Positions 9,419 to 18,523 of a stretch of DNA of 64,000 nt are shown in pieces. This DNA comes from Deltaproteobacteria bacterium. Lineage in GTDB: Bacteria; Bdellovibrionota; JACOXK01. The notes under the pieces are model-generated. The model was not told the DNA's origin. It searched no databases and saw nothing but the letters and a program-made list of their open reading frames with translations. The position numbers and the translations under genes were made by a program. Each line of letters begins with the position of its first letter. Positions within the stretch are counted from its first letter, which is position 1. Location: NCBI GenBank assembly GCA_016182335.1, contig JACOXK010000057.1:706-64705 (forward strand). Direction: 5' to 3'.

Positions 9419-11209
9419 TCACATACCAACAAGGAGGGCACTTATCTCCTCTGTCATCTCGGGTAGAGGAATGTGAGAAACTTCCATCTCCTCACCTTTT
9501 TTTCGAATGACGACATTTATTTTAGAAAACTTCTCATCATAGTTTGGAAAATCAACTCTCGTATGCCCACCACGGCTTTCTTTTCGTTCCAAAGCAGCCC
9601 TAGTCATAGCCTCTGAGACGGTCATCAAGGCATAAAGATCCAATGCCTGGTGCCAACCAGGGTTGAAATCACGATTTCCATCTACTTTTACTTGAGGTAA
9701 CTCTTTTTTAAGATTGGCTAAGTCAACCAAAGCTTGCTTCAATTCACTTTCTTCCCTGGCAATATTGACGTTTCTAGACATTGTGTCTTGTAATTTCTCA
9801 AAAACATCGTAAGGATTCAAGCCTTCTGTTTTGTTTAAAGGGGCGAGCATTTCTTGAAACGACTTATCCACTTCTGCTTCATTCACCTTCGTAAAAGTAC
9901 TTTTTTTCTTGGCTGTTTGTGCAGCGAAATAGCCAGCACGCCTTCCAAAGACAAGAAGATCACTTAAAGAATTACCACCCAAACGATTAGCTCCATGCAA
10001 CCCAGCTGAACATTCTCCAGCTGCATAAAGACCTTGTACAGTTGATTCCTGAGTTTCTGCGTCAACTCGCACCCCACCCATCATGTAATGTGCTGTGGGA
10101 GCCACTTCCATAGGTTGTTTGGTAATATCCACATCGGCTAATTTCTTAAATTGATGATACATGCTGGGGAGTTTTTTCTTGATGTAATCAGCAGGTCTGC
10201 GTGACGCAATATCCAAATGAACCCCACCATGGGCAGTTCCACGCCCGCCATTGACTTCTTTCATAATGGCACGGGCAACGACATCTCTTGTTAACAATTC
10301 AGGAGCTCGTCGTGCCCCTTTTTCACCCAGGTACCACCTTTCAGCTTCATCCAATGTGTCTGCTGTATCTTCTTTGTAGGCTTCAGGAATATTCTTAAAC
10401 ATGAATCTCTCACCATGAGAATTTGTAAGAATACCACCTTCCCCTCGAACTGCCTCGGTAATAAGAGTGCCTTTGACGCTTGGCGGCCACACCATTCCCG
10501 TAGGATGAAATTGCATAAACTCTAAATCGATGAGATCGGCACCAGCATGATACGCTAAAGCATGTCCATCTCCTGTGTATTCCCAAGAGTTACTCGATAC
10601 TTTAAAACATTTACCAACACCACCTGTGGCTAAAATAATCGATTTTGCTTTAAATAAGACAAACTTTCCAGAGGGACGCCAATAACCCACGGCTCCACAG
10701 ATACGACCATCATCTATTAATAGTTTTTGAACATTGCATTCCATGTAAACTTCAATGCCTTGATGAATGCCTTTGTCCTGAAGAGTTCGAATTAATTCTA
10801 AACCTGTTCTATCTCCTACGTGAGCTAATCGCGGATATCTGTGTCCACCAAAGTTTCTTTGTAAAATTCTGCCATCTTCTGTGCGGTCAAATACAGCCCC
10901 CCAAGCCTCAAGCTCATTAACTCTCTCTGGAGCTTCTTTCGCGTGGATCTGGGCCATTTTCCAGTTATTAAGCATTTTGCCACCACGCATTGTGTCTCTA
11001 AAATGCACTTGCCAGTTGTCTTCCATTGCTACGTTACCCAAAGCAGCAGCCATGCCGCCTTCGGCCATTACTGTGTGAGCTTTTCCTAGAAGGGATTTAC
11101 AAACAATACCTGTTGAAACTCCGTGAGCAGATGCTTCAATAGCAGCACGCAAGCCAGCACCACCGGCTCCAATGACGAGAACATCATGTTCAACAACTTG
11201 AAAATCCAT
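9419..11209 (-). CDS. sdhA: Succinate dehydrogenase/fumarate reductase flavoprotein
   Basis: GAGGAG, AHTVMAEGG (FAD His), QFHPTG, HYMMGG and HGANRLGGNSL motifs. Confidence 0.95.
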   Translation of the reverse strand: MDFQVVEHDVLVIGAGGAGLRAAIEASAHGVSTGIVCKSLLGKAHTVMAEGGMAAALGNVAMEDNWQVHFRDTMRGGKMLNNWKMAQIHAKEAPERVNELEAWGAVFDRTEDGRILQRNFGGHRYPRLAHVGDRTGLELIRTLQDKGIHQGIEVYMECNVQKLLIDDGRICGAVGYWRPSGKFVLFKAKSIILATGGVGKCFKVSSNSWEYTGDGHALAYHAGADLIDLEFMQFHPTGMVWPPSVKGTLITEAVRGEGGILTNSHGERFMFKNIPEAYKEDTADTLDEAERWYLGEKGARRAPELLTRDVVARAIMKEVNGGRGTAHGGVHLDIASRRPADYIKKKLPSMYHQFKKLADVDITKQPMEVAPTAHYMMGGVRVDAETQESTVQGLYAAGECSAGLHGANRLGGNSLSDLLVFGRRAGYFAAQTAKKKSTFTKVNEAEVDKSFQEMLAPLNKTEGLNPYDVFEKLQDTMSRNVNIAREESELKQALVDLANLKKELPQVKVDGNRDFNPGWHQALDLYALMTVSEAMTRAALERKESRGGHTRVDFPNYDEKFSKINVVIRKKGEEMEVSHIPLPEMTEEISALLVGM

Positions 11210-11943
11210 TAGAAAATTCTAAAATCTTTTATAATTCCCATAGAGACAAGACGAACATATAAGTCTGAAAAACCAACCATAAAAAGAGAAAGCCAGGCCC
11301 ACAGCATGTGCTTTTTGTTCAAACAACTCACTACTTCCCATGTTTTGTGTTGAACGTCTCCCGGTGTGCCACATTTTGAAAAACAATCCATTCGTCCACC
11401 GACAAGATGTCTTAAACTATGGCATGAAAAAGTATAAAGAGATAAAAGAGACGTATTAGCAAAAAGAACAAGAGTTCCTGCTCCAATTCCAAAACCATTT
11501 TCAAAACGGGTCGCGTGATAAACATCGATCCAAAGAATTACGATAAAAATAAGCGCAAGATAAAGAAAACAGCGATGAATGTTTTGAAAGATAAAAGGAA
11601 AATTCGTTTCCCCCTTATATTTTCTGATTTTTAAATCTCCCACAGCACAGGCTGGAGGTGAAAGAAAAAATGCCCTGTAATAAGCTTTTCGATAGTAATA
11701 GCAGGTAGCACGAAATCCTGCCGGTGCCCAAAGAATGAGAAAGGCAGGGGACCATTTCCACCAATCGACTACAATTAAAGGGGAGTAAAATGGGGAAAGG
11801 TAAGGCCCCCATTGATAGTGTTCTCCTTGAAATGCGGCCCACGCCGAATAAATGCCAAAAAGACTCAGCCCAATAAAGACAGCTAGCGGGCTCAACCACC
11901 AAAAATCTTTTCGAGATGTTTCAAGAAATTGTTCTTCTCTCAC
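11209..11943 (-). CDS. Succinate dehydrogenase membrane anchor, Sdh1 (Rv0249c-like) type
   Basis: Multi-TM protein with GFRATCYYYRKAYYR, QNIHR and SCHSLRH motifs; first gene of the operon. Confidence 0.8.
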   Translation of the reverse strand: MREEQFLETSRKDFWWLSPLAVFIGLSLFGIYSAWAAFQGEHYQWGPYLSPFYSPLIVVDWWKWSPAFLILWAPAGFRATCYYYRKAYYRAFFLSPPACAVGDLKIRKYKGETNFPFIFQNIHRCFLYLALIFIVILWIDVYHATRFENGFGIGAGTLVLFANTSLLSLYTFSCHSLRHLVGGRMDCFSKCGTPGDVQHKTWEVVSCLNKKHMLWAWLSLFMVGFSDLYVRLVSMGIIKDFRIF

Positions 11944-11982
11944 CTGTAGTTTCTTCGGGCTATCATAGGGTCAAAATCTTAG

Positions 11983-12168
11983 TCAAGTTTCTTCCATCGT
12001 TATTCGATAAGAAGTTTGTTCGTCTATAAATTTCTCATAAACTAAATGCGCAAAATAATACTGATCTTTTACATTGGTATTAGGATCAAGTTCTAAGATG
12101 TATCCTTGTTTTCGAATTTTTTTCATAAGCCTTTTCAATCGAATCTTAATTTTGTCTTGTTGATTCAT
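11983..12168 (-). CDS. Small hypothetical protein (61 aa)
   Basis: Open frame MNQQDKIKIRLK.. just downstream of a sigma54-type site. Confidence 0.5.
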   Translation of the reverse strand: MNQQDKIKIRLKRLMKKIRKQGYILELDPNTNVKDQYYFAHLVYEKFIDEQTSYRITMEET

Positions 12169-12181
12169 GATGGCTTGCATA

Positions 12182-12197
12182 AGCAACTATGATGCCA
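12182..12197 (-). promoter_or_regulatory. sigma54 -24/-12 promoter
   Basis: TGGCAT-CATAG-TTGCT fits the TGGCAC-N5-TTGCW spacing. Confidence 0.55.
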
Positions 12198-12279
12198 AGT
12201 TATATGGAGAAGCCTAAAACGGTCGCGTGCCGAGAAAACACACATCGACATTTCTATCCTGCAGGGCTGGCGACGTGTT

Positions 12280-12684
12280 CTATTTTGGAACAGACTTGAA
12301 TTCGCAAGACAGTTCGCTGAAAGTTTTTTGCCAATAAAAACCGCACTGAGGATTGAAACTTACAGAATCTCTATCAGCAATATCTAGCGGAGTGAGAGGA
12401 AAAAGCTTACAAACCAAAGGCTTGATCTTATTAATAGTACATAATCTTGATTTTGTGTCGTAGGCGGGACACACATAACCAATTTGGCAACAGTTGCCAC
12501 AACGAGTGCAATCGCCCTTTCTTTGAGAAATAAAGAAATCTGTTTTATCGTCTTTGAAGCGAGACCAATAAACTCTTCGAAATTTTCCAAAGAGAGCTGC
12601 TCTTTGTTGCTTGTCGAGATAAAAACAGATAATAATAATAACTCGAATTCCAGCAAGGAATTTCTTATAGTAGAGCTTAACCAT
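12280..12684 (-). CDS. YkgJ-like cysteine-cluster protein
   Basis: CTRCGNCC..CP..CTI..KPLVCKLFP pattern. Confidence 0.65.
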   Translation of the reverse strand: MVKLYYKKFLAGIRVIIIICFYLDKQQRAALFGKFRRVYWSRFKDDKTDFFISQRKGDCTRCGNCCQIGYVCPAYDTKSRLCTINKIKPLVCKLFPLTPLDIADRDSVSFNPQCGFYWQKTFSELSCEFKSVPK

Positions 12685-12754
12685 CGCAAAGGCTTTACTA
12701 TAGGGGTTTTGCTAGGTCAATAAAAGGGCAGCTAGGGGGAAGAATCAGTATTAT

Positions 12755-13285
12755 ATGAAAAGAATATTTCAAATTATCATCATTGTATTGATTTTAGGAA
12801 TTTGTGCTTATTTCTTTGTGATGAAGGACGAGCGTCTTCCTCACACCTCAGTAAGTGTTGGAAATATGTCACCTGATTTTGAGCTTCAAACACAGGATGG
12901 AAGGTTATTTAAACTTTCCGGGCTTCGGGGAAAAGTCGTCGTTTTAAATTTTTGGGCCACCTGGTGCCATGCCTGTCAGGAAGAAATTCCTTCCATGAAC
13001 GAGTTAGCTGCGGCTTTTGCTTCGAATCAATTGGAAATTGTTGCTGTAAGTCTAGATAATTCCTGGGACGAGATTGATGCATTGTTTAAAAAAATGGGAA
13101 AGCCAAAGTTTCTAGTACTTTTAGACCAAGAGAAAACTGTATTTCAACAGTACGGGGTTCATAGAGTGCCTGAAAGCTTTATTATCAGCCCTGATGGCAC
13201 AATCATAAAACACATTATGGGTACGATTGACTGGAACAGTGACAAAACCAAAAGCCTCATTCGTATTCTGCTAAATAAGAGTTGA
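12755..13285 (+). CDS. TlpA/ResA-family thiol-disulfide oxidoreductase
   Basis: N-terminal TM, VLNFWATWCHAC and VPESF. Confidence 0.9.
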   Translation: MKRIFQIIIIVLILGICAYFFVMKDERLPHTSVSVGNMSPDFELQTQDGRLFKLSGLRGKVVVLNFWATWCHACQEEIPSMNELAAAFASNQLEIVAVSLDNSWDEIDALFKKMGKPKFLVLLDQEKTVFQQYGVHRVPESFIISPDGTIIKHIMGTIDWNSDKTKSLIRILLNKS

Positions 13286-13305
13286 TTAGTTAAATATATT
13301 TTACC

Positions 13306-13360
13306 GGCCATGCCGTAAGACCCCGACGCTTGCGTCAGGGAGCCTCACTCGCTAATGACA
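13306..13360 (+). repeat. Hairpin element ending in TCAC (IS200/IS605 end-like) abutting a family A end
   Basis: gaccccgacgcttgcgtcagggagcctcac followed by tcgctaatgaca. Confidence 0.55.
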
Positions 13361-13374
13361 GCAGTAATTTTAGG

Positions 13375-13899
13375 TTAAGATTTGTGAATTTTATTTGAAA
13401 CCCGAAGTCTGTCGGGGAGTCCATCGTGCGAACCACACTCATGTTGTTTGGGGATGTCATGCCACCATGAGTCTTTACATTGTTCCTGTCGACTTGGGTT
13501 GAGCGGATAATATATTTTGTTTTCTTTTTTTGAAGCTTCTCCTACGACCAATAATCTCACATCTGATTCTGTATTATTAATGAAAGTATGACTAATGCCA
13601 GTACCACTTGGAAAACCAACGGCATCTCCTGGTTTTAGAGAATAAATATTTCCATTGATCCAAACATCAGGATTCCCTTCTATAACGTAAACAAATTCTT
13701 CTTCAGCACTTTCCGCATGTGGCCAGGAAGTTCTTCTTCCCGGGGGTAGAAGTTCATGATGAATTCCTAGTTTTTTCAAGCCAAAAGCCCTTCCAAATGG
13801 TGATCCGATGGATAGCAATTCTTTTGAGTTTGGATAGCTACATGAATCTGCTTCTTGGATTTCGGTATAATGTTTAATAAATTCTGGTCGTTGGATCAT
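13375..13899 (-). CDS. Cupin domain protein
   Basis: HAESAEEEFVYVIEG..GDAVGFP..HTFIN; true start ATG 13899, since the ORF extension runs through the tRNA. Confidence 0.85.
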   Translation of the reverse strand: MIQRPEFIKHYTEIQEADSCSYPNSKELLSIGSPFGRAFGLKKLGIHHELLPPGRRTSWPHAESAEEEFVYVIEGNPDVWINGNIYSLKPGDAVGFPSGTGISHTFINNTESDVRLLVVGEASKKENKIYYPLNPSRQEQCKDSWWHDIPKQHECGSHDGLPDRLRVSNKIHKS

Positions 13900-13922
13900 A
13901 ATGGAATGGTCCGAAAAAAAAG

Positions 13923-13999
13923 TGGTTGCGGGGGCTGGATTTGAACCAGCGACCTCTGGGTTATGAGCCCAACGAGCTACCAGGCTGCTCCACCCCGCG
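13923..13999 (-). tRNA. tRNA-fMet (CAT)
   Basis: CGCGGGGTGGAGCAGCCTGGTAGCTCG..CTCATAA..GGTTCAAATCC..CCGCAACCA; C1:A72 mismatch and three G-C pairs in the anticodon stem. Confidence 0.97.
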
Positions 14000-14139
14000 T
14001 TAACCATCTTTTCGAAGGACATTTGTTCTTCTTAGAATCAGTTACTTGTAACGTCAGAGCTTCTAACATGTCAAGGCATTGTGAAAAAACAAAAATATGC
14101 TATAATTTTGTGCAGTTTTGCTTTAAGGGGGTAATAAAT

Positions 14140-14331
14140 ATGTCAGATATGAACACGAACTCTAGCATTGTGGACCTTTCTCAGAAGAGAAAAACCAAAG
14201 GGGTGGACCCAAAACACTTAAGGCGCCAAAAGGATATTCGTGAATTTTACCAATATATTCATGCAAATAACTTAAGAAAAGAAGCACTGTACCTCATAGA
14301 TGCGCACCTCTATAAGACAAAAATTGCTTAA
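14140..14331 (+). CDS. Small hypothetical protein (63 aa)
   Basis: TTGTGA-16-TATAAT promoter with extended TG (14079-14106), AAGGGGG RBS and ATG 14140. Confidence 0.65.
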   Translation: MSDMNTNSSIVDLSQKRKTKGVDPKHLRRQKDIREFYQYIHANNLRKEALYLIDAHLYKTKIA

Positions 14332-14338
14332 AGTAGAA

Positions 14339-15352
14339 TCAAGAGTTTCGTGATGAAAGAAAGAGCTTTTCTAACTCTTTGTTAAAAGACGATTTTTTAA
14401 GTTTTTGTAGGTTGCTTTCTCTTTTTTTCCATTCTTTACTGAACGTGCCGTTCTTAATATCTTTTAAAATGACTTTCATCCTCTGTTTTATTTTTTTATC
14501 GCAAACTTTTTGTCCACGAGTTAACGCCCCATAGGAAGCAATGGGACTGATAGCCTCAAACATTCCAGCAACACCCTTTTCTAATAAAATATCTACCATA
14601 AATTTTAATTTATAAAAGCTTTCATAAAAAGCCATTAAGGGTGAAATTCCATTTTCAACCATTGTTTCATAGCCTTGTTTTAAGAGTTCAAGAATGCCGC
14701 CAGGCAAAAGACACTGTTCGCTAAAAAGATTCGAGATAACTTCCTGCTTAAAATTGGCATAAAAAACTTTGTTTTTTGTGCAGCCTAGAGCCTTGGCATA
14801 AGCCAAGGTAAGAGGCTTTAAATTTTTATGAGACCAACTCACAACAACCGGAACTCCACCACCCGAAAGATAAGCTTTGCGCATGGCAATTCCAGTGGCC
14901 TTAGGGGCTACAAGAAAATATTTTAAATTATTAGGCAGTTTAAGGTCTCCCAAAATAAAACTATAGCTATGAGAAAAACCTAGAATAGGATAGATCGCCA
15001 TGGTCGTCTGGATCCCCGCTAGTGCCCTTTGAGCTAAAGGGGGGGATGACAATCGCGATGACAATGATGCAGTAATGACAGAAAAAAGCTCAGAGTGGGT
15101 TTCATCAGGGGTGAGAAACATAAGTATGTCAGCTTTTGTTGCTATTTCCTCAAAAGAATAGCTTTGGAATCCATCTTTGTGGGCGATCTTTCTTGATTGA
15201 CTATTGGATCTTAAACCAATAAAGATTTTAAACCCTGAGTCGCGAAGATTCAAAGCTTGAGCGCGTCCCTGATTTCCATAACCTAAAATACCAATTTTTT
15301 TTAACTTCAAAGGCGCAAGATCAATAGTATTGTTGCTGTGGCTCATGTTCAT
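14339..15352 (-). CDS. ilvC: Ketol-acid reductoisomerase-like protein (divergent)
   Basis: GILGYGNQGRAQALNLRDSG, PDE, VAPK and LFSEQ motifs; in-frame repeat insertion; acidic metal ligands altered. Confidence 0.85.
   Translation of the reverse strand: MNMSHSNNTIDLAPLKLKKIGILGYGNQGRAQALNLRDSGFKIFIGLRSNSQSRKIAHKDGFQSYSFEEIATKADILMFLTPDETHSELFSVITASLSSRLSSPPLAQRALAGIQTTMAIYPILGFSHSYSFILGDLKLPNNLKYFLVAPKATGIAMRKAYLSGGGVPVVVSWSHKNLKPLTLAYAKALGCTKNKVFYANFKQEVISNLFSEQCLLPGGILELLKQGYETMVENGISPLMAFYESFYKLKFMVDILLEKGVAGMFEAISPIASYGALTRGQKVCDKKIKQRMKVILKDIKNGTFSKEWKKRESNLQKLKKSSFNKELEKLFLSSRNS
14993..15063 (-). repeat. Nested family C inside family A element, in frame in ilvC
   Basis: Gene sense: tgtcatcgcgat-[tgtcatccccccctttagctcaaagggcactagcggggatccag]-acgaccatggcgatc, encoding SSRLSSPPLAQRALAGIQTTMAI. 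Confidence 0.85.
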
Positions 15353-15420
15353 AGGCGTTTTTTATACATGGGATTGTTCTGGTTGCATAGTCTACACAAA
15401 TACCTAATAATGGAAGGCAG

Positions 15421-16419
15421 ATGATTCAAATAGTACTTTGGGATGACAGTGGTAATACAACCACAACTCAGGATATTGGCCTTGTTAAAAAGGCCCTTTC
15501 TGAGCAAAAACACCGCTTTTGGGTCGATTTTGATTCACCAACAAAAGAGGAATTATCCCTCCTAGAAGAAATTTTTCATTTTCATCCACTTGCTGTGAAG
15601 GCTGTGCGAGATTTAGTGGGGCTGCCGAAAATTGACTTTTATGAAGACTATCTTTTTCTAGTTCTGCACCGTGTATTTTATCATTTTGAATCTGAAAAAT
15701 GCGAATTAAGAGAGTTTGAAGTTTTTTTCTCTAAGCAATTTGTTGTCACAACTCACCAGGCACACCTATCCAGAACCTTTCACTCAACACGTGAACAGGT
15801 GTGTGAACATCGAATAGAATTAGCTCAGCATGGAACAAGTTATCTTCTTTTCAGGCTTCTGAGCATGGCGTTGCAGGATTATAAACCAGCCATAGAAAAG
15901 TGGCAGGATACGCTTGATGAAATTGAACACAGTGTGTTTGAGAGAAGTAGGAACCAGATTTTGGAAAGAATTTTAGAATTTAAGAAATTGGTTACTCATA
16001 TGCGAAGATCACTCTTACCAGAAAGAGAAGTTCTTATTGAATTGTACGAAAATAGAAATCTTCCTATTTTCGCTAAGGGAACCCATCCTTATTTTAAAGT
16101 GGTTTTGGAGAGCATGAACGTGCTCATGCGGGAGCTTGAAAGTTTGAGAGATCATGCAACTTCTATTTTTGATATTTATACGGCGATGCTTTCGATTCGG
16201 ATGACGGAAACATCCCATAAACTTAATTATGTCATGCAACGATTAACGATGGCCGCTACCATTTTCATGCCTTTGACGTTTATAGTTGGTGTTTATGGAA
16301 TGAATTTTAAATTCATGCCTGAGCTCAACTGGAAATGGGGATATTTTTTGCTCTGGGGATTGATGGTTAGTGTCACCTCTGGAATGGTTTTTTTCTTCAA
16401 GCGAAAAAAATGGTTCTAA
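15421..16419 (+). CDS. corA: Magnesium/cobalt transporter CorA
   Basis: FHFHPLA, PLTFIVGVYGMNF (GMN motif) and two C-terminal TMs. Confidence 0.93.
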   Translation: MIQIVLWDDSGNTTTTQDIGLVKKALSEQKHRFWVDFDSPTKEELSLLEEIFHFHPLAVKAVRDLVGLPKIDFYEDYLFLVLHRVFYHFESEKCELREFEVFFSKQFVVTTHQAHLSRTFHSTREQVCEHRIELAQHGTSYLLFRLLSMALQDYKPAIEKWQDTLDEIEHSVFERSRNQILERILEFKKLVTHMRRSLLPEREVLIELYENRNLPIFAKGTHPYFKVVLESMNVLMRELESLRDHATSIFDIYTAMLSIRMTETSHKLNYVMQRLTMAATIFMPLTFIVGVYGMNFKFMPELNWKWGYFLLWGLMVSVTSGMVFFFKRKKWF

Positions 16420-16428
16420 AATAACTCT

Positions 16429-17136
16429 TTAGTCTGCAAAGAGATATTTTCCATCACGAACTTTAGCGAGAGTTTCTTTGAGTCGAAGGACTGTGGCATT
16501 GTAAGCATCATCTGACTTTTCATTTTTTTTCTCTTTTATAAATTCTGAAATCTGCTCACGTAAGGATCTTACAAAATGGAAATAAGGTTCATTGTCTTCA
16601 TCGTATGAAATAAGATCATAAATAAGACCTTTCTTATTAAAATAAAATACAATTTTATATTTAATATCCACTTCCTCCTTGCTTTCGGCTTTGAAAATAG
16701 TCGTCATAGTGACTTTTATGGAGGATTCTTCTCTGTCTACGTGGTCAGAATATTGAATTAAAAAATTAGTTTTTTTGAGGGACTTTTGAACTTGCGGGTA
16801 CGCTATAGCTTCGATGAGTTCTTGAAGTGTTTTTTGAAATTCTTTTTTAGAAGAGCCACTCGTCCAATATTCATTCTTATACCTTTCATGAAGAGCCTGC
16901 TCTGTCATCGTGTTAAAATCAAAATATTTCCTTAATTCGTTAGTGGGGTGCTCTTTTTGTTTCTCGTATTCTAATTTGTTGGTTTTGACTAACGCATATT
17001 CAGGATGTGTTTTAAGAATGTCGATCATTTGTTTAAGCCTTTGCACCTGAATGGGCTCTTGAGCAATGGCGCTGTAGGCAGCAGATACAATCAATGAAAA
17101 AGCATATAAAAACAACAGTTTAGACGTATTTTGCAT
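16429..17136 (-). CDS. Exported protein, MlaC/Ttg2D-like
   Basis: Signal peptide; YFDFNTMTEQAL..EFQKTLQELI..IYDL pattern resembles MlaC. Confidence 0.5.
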   Translation of the reverse strand: MQNTSKLLFLYAFSLIVSAAYSAIAQEPIQVQRLKQMIDILKTHPEYALVKTNKLEYEKQKEHPTNELRKYFDFNTMTEQALHERYKNEYWTSGSSKKEFQKTLQELIEAIAYPQVQKSLKKTNFLIQYSDHVDREESSIKVTMTTIFKAESKEEVDIKYKIVFYFNKKGLIYDLISYDEDNEPYFHFVRSLREQISEFIKEKKNEKSDDAYNATVLRLKETLAKVRDGKYLFAD

Positions 17137-17167
17137 GAAGACCCCTTTCTTTTTTGGAATACCACAA

Positions 17168-18448
17168 TTATACCATATTTTTTATAATCTCTGTGAAGAC
17201 ATTCATGCTTCTCACATCTTCTAAAATCAACTTTTTGTTTGAGCATAATGGAATTTCCATATGTTCTGGAATGAGGCTGCCGTGAGAAGCCTTGTGCTTA
17301 GGAAACTCAAACTGGTCACGCAAATCGAATCCTTTTTTGGCGCATATGACAACATCACCACATCGAGGGGATTGGAATAATGAGGAAAGTTGAAAGTCCA
17401 TGTCTGGATATTGTGATTGCCACCCTCCCCCTTGTCCCCTCCCATCGATGGAGGGGGGGGCTTCGCTATAATTCAGAGTCACAATGCCTCGTTCTTTAGA
17501 TTTCATTGCAATCCAGTCAACGGCGTCTTGTTCGAGAAGCATTTGTAGAATCCATTTGTGCTCATCAGCGAGAGTTTCGTAAAAAACTCTTTCTTTTCGA
17601 TCTGTAAAATAGAGATGGGCCATGGCATTCCCGGATGGCATCACTGAATACTGAAATTTTTTTCTCCATATTTTTGGATAATAGAAAACTTTTTGTTTCT
17701 GTTTTTCTAAAAACTGGGAAAGATCAAAATGAGAATGAGTATCACTTAAACCATGATCGCTGGTCGCAATAACAAGTGTGTTTTCAAAATGAGGGTCATT
17801 AAGCCTGATGTGTTTATCTAAAATATCTCCAAAATAGTGATCTGCCCGCCTATAAGCCTCTTTTAATTTCTTACTTTGAAGGCCAAAGTGATGAGCCGTG
17901 CCGTCAATTCCAGGAAAGACACAGAACACAAACGTGGGTTTGAGAGGAATTGATTTCAAAAAACTCTGTGAAATTCTTTGATCCACCCACAACCACCGAC
18001 CAGAAAAATGGGCAGTCGGTGAGTAAATAGATTTAATCCAAGAGATTTTATTTTTCGACGAATGAGAAAGACCTAGCGAAATAGGATTGTAAAGATTAAA
18101 GCTATGGTCAAAGTAATGAAAAAGAGACTTAGTATTTTTTGTTATGTCATGATTGATCGAAAAACTGTGATAGCCAACATAGCTTCTTGAAAATCGTTTT
18201 TTTTTTAAATGGTAGGCCTCTTTATCGAACCATCGAATGCCTGGAATGTTACACTCGCCAGGAGTTTTTCCGGTTAAAAAGGGTAAATAGGCTGGACCCG
18301 TTGTCGAGGGAAAGCTTGTATAGATTTTTTTAAATTCACCAGAAGAAAGAAGGTATTTTTGAATATTGGGTAAAGAACCCTGTTCAAGAAGGGCTTTAAA
18401 AAGAGAGTAGGAGGCTCCGTCCCAAAGGAAAAAGAAACAATGTTTCAT
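17168..18448 (-). CDS. Alkaline phosphatase superfamily (nucleotide pyrophosphatase/phosphodiesterase)
   Basis: LWDG, FPSTTGPAY, DGTAH, TSDHG and SHGSL motifs; start ATG 18448. Confidence 0.85.
   Translation of the reverse strand: MKHCFFFLWDGASYSLFKALLEQGSLPNIQKYLLSSGEFKKIYTSFPSTTGPAYLPFLTGKTPGECNIPGIRWFDKEAYHLKKKRFSRSYVGYHSFSINHDITKNTKSLFHYFDHSFNLYNPISLGLSHSSKNKISWIKSIYSPTAHFSGRWLWVDQRISQSFLKSIPLKPTFVFCVFPGIDGTAHHFGLQSKKLKEAYRRADHYFGDILDKHIRLNDPHFENTLVIATSDHGLSDTHSHFDLSQFLEKQKQKVFYYPKIWRKKFQYSVMPSGNAMAHLYFTDRKERVFYETLADEHKWILQMLLEQDAVDWIAMKSKERGIVTLNYSEAPPSIDGRGQGGGWQSQYPDMDFQLSSLFQSPRCGDVVICAKKGFDLRDQFEFPKHKASHGSLIPEHMEIPLCSNKKLILEDVRSMNVFTEIIKNMV
17415..17460 (+). repeat. Family D element with a family A left end, in frame in the phosphodiesterase (PPSIDGRGQGGGWQS)
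   Basis: gattgccac-cctcccccttgtcccctcccatcgatggagggggggg. Confidence 0.75.
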
Positions 18449-18470
18449 TAATATATATGAAAAAAATATC

Positions 18471-18517
18471 GATCCCTCGTCAAGCTCGGGGTGACAGAAA
18501 ACAAGCTCGGGGTGACA
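18471..18517 (-). repeat. Family B variant, tandem partial duplication (intergenic)
   Basis: gatccctcgtcaagctcggggtgaca followed by a second caagctcggggtgaca. Confidence 0.8.
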
Positions 18518-18523
18518 CAAATA

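Noticed and set aside
13900..14022. N-terminal extension of the cupin ORF
   Set aside because: It is the tRNA-fMet sequence read in frame.
18449..18520. MCHPELVFCHPELDEGS N-terminus as another in-frame insertion
   Set aside because: The family motif begins right after ATG 18448, so the repeat is more likely intergenic; not counted as coding.
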